Of a stretch of 58,583 nucleotides of DNA, positions 40,651-49,814 are shown piece after piece. How positions within the stretch are numbered: the stretch's first letter is position 1; each line of letters starts with the position of its first letter. This stretch comes from Candidatus Kaiserbacteria bacterium RIFCSPLOWO2_12_FULL_50_10 (GTDB lineage: Bacteria; Patescibacteriota; Minisyncoccia; Phycocordibacterales; UBA918): assembly GCA_001783515.1 (NCBI GenBank), contig MFMN01000015.1, positions 1 through 58,583 of the forward strand, written 5' to 3'. The position numbers and the translations under genes were made by a program. The notes under the pieces were generated by a model. The model saw only the letters and a program-made list of their open reading frames with translations. It was not told where the DNA came from and did no database searches.

Positions 40651-41466
40651 ATGCGTGCAATCATCATTGCTCTCCTCATGTCCTTGTCCGGCTTTGCCTT
40701 TGCGGCGGAGCAGGATCAAGAAGCGGCCATTGAGTCGCACGTCGGCATCGCCGAAGCAACCTCGCCGTACGCGGACGCCATGTTCTGCGTGCGTGAGTTC
40801 ATGCAGCAAGCGCCGACTCGCATCGGCGTTGCCGACATTGCCGACAAAACCGGCAAAAACAACTACGCCGAGGGCGGCACCGGCACCATGATGACCCAAG
40901 GCGCAACCGACATGTTCTACACGTCGCTCGCGAACTTGGGCATTCGTGGCACCGAGGCAACGCCGCAATTCCGCGGCGCGATTGACTGGTACCAGCAGAA
41001 GGGTGCAAAGATTTCGATTGAACTCCCGACGTACATGATCATGGGTTCGCTCGACGTGCTCGACCTCTTGCCGGGAACGGCAAAAAGCTTTGGCATTCTC
41101 GGCCTCGGCGCCGATACCGTCGCCTACAAAGCCGTTGGCGGGATGGACGTTCGTCTCGTGAAGATGCTCGGCGAAGGCGGAGAAACCGGTCGTGTTCTCT
41201 ACAACGTGGCTCCGAAGAAGGAGTACCTCGCTGTCGAAGACCGCGCCGGCTTCGGTCGCTTCGTGGGCAAGGGGCACGGGCTCAGCATGTTCAGCTTCGA
41301 GCTGGCACGCGGCGCTCGCACCCCGATGCAGCTGACAACTCGCTGGCTCATCGACTACGCAGCGACGAGCCTTGTGCTCGACCTTGCCGAAGACAAGCTG
41401 GCGCACTCCGCAGAAACCAAGGCATACCTCACGGGTTGCCGCGGCAAACTGCGCAGTGCGTTGTGA
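40651..41466 (+). CDS. CsgG/HfaB family secretion channel protein
   Basis: TSPYADAMFC, IGVADIADKTGK, TQGATDM, YMIMGSL, GMDVRLV..TGRV, P-M-Q-L motifs. Confidence 0.75.
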   Translation: MRAIIIALLMSLSGFAFAAEQDQEAAIESHVGIAEATSPYADAMFCVREFMQQAPTRIGVADIADKTGKNNYAEGGTGTMMTQGATDMFYTSLANLGIRGTEATPQFRGAIDWYQQKGAKISIELPTYMIMGSLDVLDLLPGTAKSFGILGLGADTVAYKAVGGMDVRLVKMLGEGGETGRVLYNVAPKKEYLAVEDRAGFGRFVGKGHGLSMFSFELARGARTPMQLTTRWLIDYAATSLVLDLAEDKLAHSAETKAYLTGCRGKLRSAL

Positions 41467-41570
41467 CCTAGTCACAAAGCGTTTGACATTCCTTCCACCT
41501 CGTGCTATCTTCCAAATGCTTTCACGCCGTGAGAGCTTTGATCTTTTTCAATCCACAGGAGAAATTCCCC

Positions 41571-42236
41571 ATGCGCAAGCATTTCCTCGCCATCTCCCTC
41601 GCCATGTTCGCCGCCTCTGCCTTCGCCGCCCCCGGTGTCCACGTCGACGTTGACGTCACCACAGCCGACACGGTTATCCAGGGTGTCGGCGCCACTGCGA
41701 TGTCGACCGCCCACAGCGGCGACTTCAACGCGGTTGCGTCCGGCACCACGGGCAACGGCATTTCGAGCATCACGCTCGACCTGCCGCAAACCTTCAACGA
41801 CGACGTCGATGTCTCGGTCTACACCAACGGTCTGGTCCTCCAGGGCGTCGGTGCGCTGGCCATGAGCTGGTCTGGCGACGCGACGGCAACCGCCACGGCG
41901 CTGAACGCCGTGTCGACCATTGCCGGCTCCATGGGTGGCGGCGCCGACTCGATCGATGTGAACATCGCATCGGAGGCCCCGGTCATCCAGGGCGTCGGCG
42001 CCAGCGCGATCGTCATGAGCAACAACAGCGGCAACGATGCTGCGGTTGCCTCGGGCACCGCGGCGAACAGCCTCTCGTCCATCGACGTCTCGCAGGTCGG
42101 CTATGCTGACCATGTGGGCGTGCAGGTGGGCACGGGCTTCGTCCAGCAGGGCGTCGGCGCCTTCGCGATCTCGCAAGGCCCGGCCACCGCGACCGCCACG
42201 GCGCTGAATGCCGTCTCCGCCATCAACATCAACTGA
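41571..42236 (+). CDS. Secreted repeat protein, HfaD/functional-amyloid-like
   Basis: Signal peptide plus four ~50-aa repeats with QGVGA and A-x-N-x-(I/V/L)S motifs. Confidence 0.65.
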   Translation: MRKHFLAISLAMFAASAFAAPGVHVDVDVTTADTVIQGVGATAMSTAHSGDFNAVASGTTGNGISSITLDLPQTFNDDVDVSVYTNGLVLQGVGALAMSWSGDATATATALNAVSTIAGSMGGGADSIDVNIASEAPVIQGVGASAIVMSNNSGNDAAVASGTAANSLSSIDVSQVGYADHVGVQVGTGFVQQGVGAFAISQGPATATATALNAVSAININ

Positions 42237-42350
42237 TGGGGCGCGGGAGAGTCTCGGCTCTCCCTGCCATTGTTCTTTGCCTTCGGGCACTCTGTAAAAC
42301 CGCCTCCTTCGGGACGCGGTTTTTTCTTGGTTGTAAGGTATACTGTGCGT

Positions 42351-42770
42351 ATGCGGTACGAAGTGCCACAATTTATTGAAGTTGAACAGAAAGTTATTGG
42401 GCCATTCACGTGGAAGCAATTCGTGTATCTCGCGGGTGGCGCGGGCGCGCTCCTTATCACGTTTCTCCTCCTACCGTTTCTCCTTTTTGTGCTGCTTGGC
42501 GTGCCGGTTGCTGCGCTTGCGGTCTTGCTTGCGTTTCAAAAGGTAAACAACCGCCCGTTCGAGATACTCCTCGAGGCCGCGTTTAACTATATGGTGAAAG
42601 CACGCTTCTATCTTTGGAATATCGAAGAAGCACGCAAATACACCATTATTGGAAACGATACAAAGGCAGTAGAAAAAGAAGAAGCACCACAAGAATTGGC
42701 GCCCCGAAAAGAAGGCGGCATCTCAAGCCTTGAAACAAAACTCATGGAAGCTGAAACAGGCACCATCTAA
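42351..42770 (+). CDS. PrgI family (VirB3-like) protein
   Basis: MRYEVPQFIEVEQKVIGPFTWKQF, two TM, NNRPFE. Confidence 0.85.
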   Translation: MRYEVPQFIEVEQKVIGPFTWKQFVYLAGGAGALLITFLLLPFLLFVLLGVPVAALAVLLAFQKVNNRPFEILLEAAFNYMVKARFYLWNIEEARKYTIIGNDTKAVEKEEAPQELAPRKEGGISSLETKLMEAETGTI

Positions 42771-42791
42771 TCTAGATAATCTCTTTGTCTT

Positions 42792-43421
42792 ATGGCACAA
42801 AAAACAACACCAGCAACACAAACGTTTGTTCCGATTAAGGAAATCACTGATGATGTGGTGGTTCTTCAGAATGGCCAGCTCTGCGGTATTTTGCTCACCA
42901 CCTCGGTGAACCTTGCGCTGAAGTCAGGTGATGAGCAGAACGCGGTTATCCGCCAGTTCCAAGGTTTTTTAAACTCGCTTGATTTTTCGATACAAATTTA
43001 CGCACAGTCGCGTCGGTATGATGTGCGCCCGTATCTTTCGTACCTTCGAACACTTGAAAGTACGCAACACAATGACCTCATGCGTGTACAGCTTCGTGAG
43101 TATACGGAATTCATTAAGACATTCGCCGACGATGTCGCGATTATGAAGAAGAACTTCTTCGTTATCGTGCCCTATCACGCAGCGCCTATCTCGCAGGGAA
43201 AATCGTTTATTCCAACCACGTTCCAAAAGAATACAGACACTGAAGTACAGCAATCTTTCAATAAAAGCAAAGAACAGCTCAATCAACGTGTCACCGCAGT
43301 TGCCTCGGGCCTCCAAAGCATGGGTATTAAGTCGGCACGTCTCGGAAGTGCAGAGATTATCGAACTCTTCTACCATATTTACAATCCGAGCGAAAAAGGA
43401 AACGCACCACGTTCTGAATAA
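42792..43421 (+). CDS. T4SS-associated protein (VirB4/TraC N-terminal-like)
   Basis: TQTFVPIKEI, SVNLALKSGDEQ, FLNSLDFSIQI, FFVIVPY; follows prgI. Confidence 0.7.
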   Translation: MAQKTTPATQTFVPIKEITDDVVVLQNGQLCGILLTTSVNLALKSGDEQNAVIRQFQGFLNSLDFSIQIYAQSRRYDVRPYLSYLRTLESTQHNDLMRVQLREYTEFIKTFADDVAIMKKNFFVIVPYHAAPISQGKSFIPTTFQKNTDTEVQQSFNKSKEQLNQRVTAVASGLQSMGIKSARLGSAEIIELFYHIYNPSEKGNAPRSE

Positions 43422-43462
43422 GAGACATGAAAAACATCTTCTCATTGAGAAGATGTTTTTCA

Positions 43463-44977
43463 TTATCGTGCCCACGTGACCACGCGGGTCTCGCGGATGA
43501 CATGTACTTTGATTTCGCCAGGATAGCGAAGACGTTCTTCAATCGTTGCGGCGACATCACGCGCAAGTTTCTCGGCACCATAGTCGGAAATCTTGCTTGG
43601 ATTCACCATGATGCGCACTTCGCGTCCTGCTTGAATGGCATATGCCTTTTCAACGCCAGGAATCTCAGTGGCTATTTCTTCGATTTCACGGATACGCTTA
43701 ATGTAGTGTTCGAGCGAGTCGCGGCGTGCGCCCGGGCGACCGCCCGAGATTGCGTCCGCAACCTGCACGAGCATCGACTCAATAGTTTCATACGGGTACT
43801 CCTCGTGGTGTGCGCGCATCGCGAGAATGACGCGCTCATCGACATCGAATTTCTTAAGAATGCGAATGCCGATTTCAACGTGTGTGCCCGCGACTTCTTG
43901 CGACACGGTTTTGCCAATGTCGTGCAAGAGTGCGCCCGCCCGCGCAATAGCGACATCTGCGCCGATTTCTTCTGCAAGAATGGCGGCAATGTGTGCCATT
44001 TCGACAGAGTGCCAGAGGACATTTTGTCCATACGACGTGCGGAAATGAAGGCGTCCAAGGATTTTTATAAGGTCAGGATGAAGGTTCGGCACGCCAGCTT
44101 CAAAGGCAGCTTTTTCGCCCATGCGACGCACGGTTTCCGCAACATTTTGACGAGCATGCTCGAGCACCTCCTCAATTTTTGCGGGCTGAATGCGTCCGTC
44201 GGCGATAAGTGCCTCGAGCGCGACGCGAGCGATTTCGCGACGAACCGGGTCAAACGAGGAGAGGGTGACGGCACCGGGTTGTTCATCAATGAGCACATCA
44301 ACGCCCGAGGCGTGTTCGAAGGCGCGAATGTTGCGCCCCTCACGGCCGATGATTTTACCTTTGATATCTTCCGAAGGAATTTCTACCGTTGAGGTCATGA
44401 TGTCCGGCGAGAGCGTATTGCCGATGCGGTGTATTGCTGCGGTAAGGAGGCTTCGTGCACGGTCGTCGAAGGTGTCGGTCGAGGCGGTTTCAAGCTTACG
44501 AAGCCGAGCAAGAAGGTCGGATTCGTTTCGCTGTTCAAGCTCTTTGACCATACGTGCGTATGCTTCCTCGCGGGAGAGTCCAGCAACTTCCGCGAGCTTT
44601 GTATCAAGCGATCCCGCGCGGGCGTCGAGTGCGGCTTTAATAGCTTTTATTTCTTCTATCTTGGCGCGGACGTTTTCTGTTTCTGACGAAAGGCTGTTCT
44701 GCCGCTCGTCGAGAAGTTCTTCTTTGCGGATAAGGTGTTCTTCACGTTTTTCTTGACGTTTCGTGATGTCACTGAGTTCTTGTTTTGTTGCACGTTCGAG
44801 TTCGCTGACTTTTTCTTCGGCTTTTGCAATGATGCGTGCGGCGGTGTCGTGCGCCTCAAGTTCGCGGCGCTCAAGGGTAAGCTCAAGCGATGATGCGCGC
44901 ACGCGCGAATGGATATAGCGCGCGCCATATCCTAGGAAAAAGCTACTGACCACAAACGCAATGAAAGGGACGGTCAT
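43463..44977 (-). CDS. rny: Ribonuclease Y
   Basis: TM, coiled coil, KH (KGKIIGREGRNIR), HD (LLHDIGK), RPGAR. Confidence 0.97.
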   Translation of the reverse strand: MTVPFIAFVVSSFFLGYGARYIHSRVRASSLELTLERRELEAHDTAARIIAKAEEKVSELERATKQELSDITKRQEKREEHLIRKEELLDERQNSLSSETENVRAKIEEIKAIKAALDARAGSLDTKLAEVAGLSREEAYARMVKELEQRNESDLLARLRKLETASTDTFDDRARSLLTAAIHRIGNTLSPDIMTSTVEIPSEDIKGKIIGREGRNIRAFEHASGVDVLIDEQPGAVTLSSFDPVRREIARVALEALIADGRIQPAKIEEVLEHARQNVAETVRRMGEKAAFEAGVPNLHPDLIKILGRLHFRTSYGQNVLWHSVEMAHIAAILAEEIGADVAIARAGALLHDIGKTVSQEVAGTHVEIGIRILKKFDVDERVILAMRAHHEEYPYETIESMLVQVADAISGGRPGARRDSLEHYIKRIREIEEIATEIPGVEKAYAIQAGREVRIMVNPSKISDYGAEKLARDVAATIEERLRYPGEIKVHVIRETRVVTWAR

Positions 44978-45115
44978 AGTATGTGTGTATTAAAAATAAG
45001 TGTTGGGCGCCCGAGGAAATGAAAAAGAAACGATTCGTGCGCCTTCATGCACTCTACCACGAAAACTGGCGATAACAAGGGAATCGTAGGAAACAGGCAA
45101 GATACTCACACCGTA

Positions 45116-45277
45116 GTCATCCTCGGGGCTTATGAAAGCACTGAGCGATAGCGACCATGCTTTCAAAGAGCCCGGGGATCCAAGGCTGTACTGGATACAT
45201 TTTAAGCCATAGATCCCCGGATATATGAAAGTAATACTTCGCTCTGCTTCGTTTACTTTCTATATTCCGAGGATGAC
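45116..45277. repeat. Repeat family B element
   Basis: GTCATCCTCGGGG...CCCGGGGATCC...GATCCCCGG...CCGAGGATGAC. Confidence 0.85.
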
Positions 45278-45336
45278 GGCGTATGGTCGTGGTGTGCCTG
45301 TTTCGTGAATTCTGTAAGAGAGAGTATACTGATGCC

Positions 45337-46197
45337 ATGGATGGGAATACGCTTAAGATTGCGGCGGCTGGTTGTTTTGGGCTCATTATTGTCGCTACGT
45401 CCGTTTCGGCGCGCTTTGATGTGCATGGCTCTCTTGCGAATGTATTTACAACACTTGGCGGTAGCGAGCAAACAGAAATAGCAACAGGAGTTCCCGTGCC
45501 GACCACACAAGAATGGCGCTCATCGCTTTCAAAGTACACAACTATAAACCCTGATATCGCCAGCAGCACCGCTGCCATCGCGTCATCGAGTATGACGATG
45601 ACCGACACGTTCACGCGGTCAATGTTTGAAATGTATTTGCGAAATCGTGAAGACATAAACACTCCCGAAGCACGCGCGGCATTTGGCGAAGAATACGGGC
45701 GGGTGTTTCGGGCGTCACTCGAACCCATACAACACACAGAGAAAGATATCGTTGTACAAAATAGTGTAGCACTGTATGACTACGTCATTGCAGTAACGGA
45801 AGCACTAAGAACAACAAGCGAGCCACATGAGAACGAAATGATTATCTACGAAAGACTCCTTCGAAACACTGAAACAGCTGAAACAGACATGGCTACCATT
45901 CTGGCAACGGCAAAGGATTATGAAGATATTGAACAGAGACTCCTTGCTGTTGCAGTGCCAATACGCGCAGCAAAAATACACCTTGCCCTTCTAAATGCAA
46001 TAACAAGTGTACACACACACCTCTATAGTATGGTTTCATTCGAGCTTGATCCGTTCCGTGCCGCAGGAGGGTTCGTCGGCTACCGTAACGCAGCAACACA
46101 GTTAGGAATAGCGATTGCAACACTGCGGCTGCAAGTAAACATTGAAGGTGTCTCCTTTCCTGAAGGCTCGGCAGCAGCACTCCTTATGCAACTATAA
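45337..46197 (+). CDS. Secreted/anchored helical hypothetical protein
   Basis: N-terminal hydrophobic segment; VP..AAKIHLALLN, DPFRA. Confidence 0.7.
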   Translation: MDGNTLKIAAAGCFGLIIVATSVSARFDVHGSLANVFTTLGGSEQTEIATGVPVPTTQEWRSSLSKYTTINPDIASSTAAIASSSMTMTDTFTRSMFEMYLRNREDINTPEARAAFGEEYGRVFRASLEPIQHTEKDIVVQNSVALYDYVIAVTEALRTTSEPHENEMIIYERLLRNTETAETDMATILATAKDYEDIEQRLLAVAVPIRAAKIHLALLNAITSVHTHLYSMVSFELDPFRAAGGFVGYRNAATQLGIAIATLRLQVNIEGVSFPEGSAAALLMQL

Positions 46198-46203
46198 AAG
46201 ATT

Positions 46204-47541
46204 ATGATACGTTTTGGACAAAAAACACTCGCGACACTCCTTATCCTCAGTAGTTTTTTTGTGGGTGCGCAGCGTGCGAATGCAATAGATGCGGAAGACT
46301 TCGGAACATGGGCGTTGGTAGGTCTACAGAATGTTTTTACGTTGATTGGAAATGGGATTGAAGGTGCTACCGCATGGGCAACGGGAAGTCTTGTGGAAAA
46401 GGAGTGGATTGCAGACGGTGCATCAACTGTTCTGCTTGAAATGGCGCGAGCCACCTTGGTGAGAAGTATTCTTGATTGGGCGCGAACGGGTTTTAATGGC
46501 AGCCCTGCTTTTGTGCAGAATCTTAAAGGGTACTTTGAAGGAATAGGCGATGAAATCGCTGCTGAGTTTATTACAGGTGCTGGACTTGATGCACTTTGTT
46601 CGCCGTTTGCGTTAGATATCCGTGCAGCGCTTATCTTACAATTTGAGAAGGATCGTAAGAATGGCGAAGGTATCAACAAGTGTACGTTTACTGACATCAG
46701 CAAAAACATCAAAAATGCAGGGAAGAGTGGTAAAAAAGCATTTACCTCAGAAGATTTCTTTAAGGTATACTCAAGCCCAGTAAACACCCCGCAAGGAGCC
46801 TATGCTGACGCGCTTGGCGCGCTCAGTATTTCCATCACCAACAAGAAAGGAGAGCGTACAAAACTCCTCGATTTTGGCAAGGGCCTCCTCTCAAAAGAGG
46901 AATGTTTTGACCTTGGGCCAGATAAGCAGGTGTGTCAGATAATTACACCAGGGGATACGATTGCAAACTCTATCAATAAAACACTTGGTCTCGGACAAGA
47001 CGCCCTCGTAACGGCAGATGAAATAAACGAATTTGTTGGCGCGTTTATCGGACATGTTATGCAGAAAACGCTCCAAGAAGGTATTACGAAGATAGACCTC
47101 AATGCGACAGGTACGCCAGCAGGATTTGCTGCATCATTGCCAGAGTTTGATGGTGGGCAAACAGCCGCCGCACTTGACCAGATGATCGTAAAGCAAAAAG
47201 AGGCAATTGGAAAACTAGATGCACTCCTCAAAAAACTCGCAGCACAGTGTTCATCTGCACAAGATGAAAACCAGCGTATCGCGCAGTATAAACAGCGTGG
47301 TGTCTATGACATTTACCAAGACGTGCTTGCGAGAAAGAAAGGTGCGGAGGGAAAGCTCGGCGAAATGGAAGCCCTTAAAAAGAAGACAGAAGGAGCAACA
47401 GCAACGGAAACAATAGAAATCACGAACCAGGCGACAGCCATGACTTCGCAACAAAATGTCTATGTAAACAATCAGGATCTCGACAAACTTATCAAAAAAT
47501 ACGAAGCAGAAATCAATCAAAAGTGTCGTGTCGACAACTAA
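46204..47541 (+). CDS. Secreted hypothetical protein, probably T4SS-associated
   Basis: Signal peptide; WARTGFNGSPAFVQN, CSPF, IITPG, ADEINE; operonic with a VirB6-like gene. Confidence 0.65.
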   Translation: MIRFGQKTLATLLILSSFFVGAQRANAIDAEDFGTWALVGLQNVFTLIGNGIEGATAWATGSLVEKEWIADGASTVLLEMARATLVRSILDWARTGFNGSPAFVQNLKGYFEGIGDEIAAEFITGAGLDALCSPFALDIRAALILQFEKDRKNGEGINKCTFTDISKNIKNAGKSGKKAFTSEDFFKVYSSPVNTPQGAYADALGALSISITNKKGERTKLLDFGKGLLSKEECFDLGPDKQVCQIITPGDTIANSINKTLGLGQDALVTADEINEFVGAFIGHVMQKTLQEGITKIDLNATGTPAGFAASLPEFDGGQTAAALDQMIVKQKEAIGKLDALLKKLAAQCSSAQDENQRIAQYKQRGVYDIYQDVLARKKGAEGKLGEMEALKKKTEGATATETIEITNQATAMTSQQNVYVNNQDLDKLIKKYEAEINQKCRVDN

Positions 47542-47550
47542 GAGAACACC

Positions 47551-49776
47551 ATGAACAAAAGAACAATCCATATACTTATCTTCGCACTCATCACGCTCGC
47601 TACTCTTCCAGCGCCTGTTTTTGCGATTGATATTGGTGGTGAGGTTGGCAACTTGCTCGCACAACTTGGCGCGCTCTTCTTTGGGTTCTTTGCACTCATT
47701 TTTCAGAAGTCCATCACCTTTCTCGTATTTGAGATTGGACAGAACATGACCGGGCAACTCGGGTTTGTGGTAAACACCACGTGGGCTATCGTGCGCGACC
47801 TCTGCAACCTCGTGTTTATTTTCCTCTTCCTTTACGTCGGCGTGCGACTCGTGCTTACGGTAGAAACGGTCGACCGTGCACGAACGGTGCTGGTGAAAAT
47901 TATTGTTGCGGCACTCCTTGTCAATTTCAGCCTCTTCTTCGCGAAGGCAATTATCGATATCGCGAACGTTGCGGCAGTTGCGGTGTATGGGCTCTTCCAA
48001 GACGCTTCTGGCGAGGCAGATGTAGCTGCTGCGGTTGCGGCATCGCTCGGGCTTCACACCTGGTTTGGCGCTACCGCGCAGCAGCTTCCTCTCATGAGCT
48101 TTACCAAAGGCGTCATGATGATGATTTTCTTCCTCGTTGCCGCACTTTCATTCCTTACCGCGTCAGTCGTACTCTTTAAACGATACGTGATACTGCTCTT
48201 CGGTATGATAGTGTCGCCGCTTGTGCTCATCTTCAAGCTTTTGCCAACGAAGGACTTTTCCTTTATGTCGAGTGTGGTGAAAAAAGTCGAGGGTCTGTAT
48301 TCGCAGTTTATATCGAGTGCGTTTTTCCCGGCGGTATTTCTCTTCCTTATCTACATTTCGCTCCAGATTATTAAATCATACGCGGGTGAGCCGCAGTTCG
48401 CGAAGTCAATTCTTGGTGAAGACGAAAATGCCGTCGGTACGCTTCTTGTGTACTTTATCGGTATTGCGCTTCTCCTCGCCTCGATTCGTGCAGCAAGTAT
48501 GGTTTCCGACACCGCCGCAAACATGTCAATGAGTTTTGCTCGTAAGGCGGGTGGTGCGGCAACGCTTGGTGTGGGTGCGTGGGCAGGAAGAAATCTCGGA
48601 GGACGTCTCGGGAAAATCGCGCAAGAAGGACTACAAAACGGCAAAGTGCCTACGACACGTGTTGGGCGCCTCTTTAAGACCACAGCGATATCTGGCGCGG
48701 AGAAGATGCGTACCGGCAGCTACGATGTTCGCGGCACAAAAGCTTACGCTGGTGCCGCAAAAGCAGCAGGCGTACCCGTTGGTGGCGGCTGGGGTGTAAC
48801 CGACAAGGGGTACGAAGACGTCTATACAGAGAAGGTTAAGAAGGAAAAAGAACTCGCCGAAAAGCAAGCGGCAATCCTCGCGGGCGTTTCGAAAACAGAA
48901 CAAGAAGAAAAAGAAAAGAAGGCAAAGGAAGAGTTCGACAAGACGAAGGAAGCGCTCAGAGACGCATCTTCCTATCGAAAGATTATTGAAGAGAGAAACA
49001 AGGCAGCCGGCACGAGCGGTACTCCTGAAGAGGCAAAAGCGCGCGCAACTGAGCTTGCCGACGCAGACAAGGCAGTTAGTGAAGCACTCCTCAAACAAAG
49101 GAAAGCAAAAGAGGAACACGAAAAAGTTAAGAACGAATACAAAGAAAAGGTTGAAAATGTGCTCGTGGGTACGAAGGAGGCGCGTCAGGCAATCCATCTC
49201 GAGGATACCGCTGCGAAGCATGTCGCTGCAGAGGAGGCGCGCAAGGCGCTCCTTGCACAGCGCGAGGGCACCGTTGCACGTATGGCACAAGCATCACCCG
49301 AAGAACGCGCAGAGCTCCAGAAAAAGGTTGATGAGCTCGAAAAGAAGATAACCGAACAAGAAACAACCATCGAATCCGCAAAGGTGGCAGGCGAAAAGAT
49401 GGTTACTGCAGAGCGTGCCAAGAAAGCCGAAGAAGCGACACTTCAAGTAAAAGCAACCCAAACAGCGCTCACCGGAGCTAAAGAAGGAGGAGAAGTACAG
49501 GCGAAGCTTCAGGCAGAACTTGCGTCACTTCAGGAAAAAGCAGCGCAAGCACAGCAACACGTTGCTGCACCAGCAGGACGAGATACTGATGTCGCGCAGC
49601 GCATGCGTGACGCCGCAAAGGCAGCTCGCAATATGCGGGCAAAGCAGGGAGGTATTGCTGGTTCACAAGAAACCGAAGGTGCTGTGGGCAGAGCGCTCGG
49701 AGGAGGGGCACCATTCTCATCCGCAGGACGCACCGCGGGTACAGAACTTCGAGAAAAGCATAAGCCAAAATACTAA
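47551..49776 (+). CDS. VirB6/TrbL-like polytopic membrane protein with coiled-coil tail
   Basis: WAIVRDLCN, AALLVNFSLFFAKAIID, RYVILLFGMIVSPL, FFPAVFLFL. Confidence 0.65.
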   Translation: MNKRTIHILIFALITLATLPAPVFAIDIGGEVGNLLAQLGALFFGFFALIFQKSITFLVFEIGQNMTGQLGFVVNTTWAIVRDLCNLVFIFLFLYVGVRLVLTVETVDRARTVLVKIIVAALLVNFSLFFAKAIIDIANVAAVAVYGLFQDASGEADVAAAVAASLGLHTWFGATAQQLPLMSFTKGVMMMIFFLVAALSFLTASVVLFKRYVILLFGMIVSPLVLIFKLLPTKDFSFMSSVVKKVEGLYSQFISSAFFPAVFLFLIYISLQIIKSYAGEPQFAKSILGEDENAVGTLLVYFIGIALLLASIRAASMVSDTAANMSMSFARKAGGAATLGVGAWAGRNLGGRLGKIAQEGLQNGKVPTTRVGRLFKTTAISGAEKMRTGSYDVRGTKAYAGAAKAAGVPVGGGWGVTDKGYEDVYTEKVKKEKELAEKQAAILAGVSKTEQEEKEKKAKEEFDKTKEALRDASSYRKIIEERNKAAGTSGTPEEAKARATELADADKAVSEALLKQRKAKEEHEKVKNEYKEKVENVLVGTKEARQAIHLEDTAAKHVAAEEARKALLAQREGTVARMAQASPEERAELQKKVDELEKKITEQETTIESAKVAGEKMVTAERAKKAEEATLQVKATQTALTGAKEGGEVQAKLQAELASLQEKAAQAQQHVAAPAGRDTDVAQRMRDAAKAARNMRAKQGGIAGSQETEGAVGRALGGGAPFSSAGRTAGTELREKHKPKY

Positions 49777-49814
49777 CCAAAAGAAAAACGACCGTGCACG
49801 GGTCGTTTTTTGCA

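Noticed and set aside
40195-42419. Long antisense ORFs (426 aa and 304 aa) over the hfa-like locus
   Set aside because: Expected shadow of GC3-rich codon usage; the sense genes have promoters, SDs and signal peptides.
43427-44392. 321-aa ORF antisense to rny, and similar shadows over virB4, pcrA and the DKNYY gene
   Set aside because: They almost entirely overlap well-supported genes and show no protein motifs.
22837-49776. Integrative conjugative element
   Set aside because: T4SS genes are interleaved with dnaA, tyrS and rny; no relaxase, integrase or att boundaries are seen.
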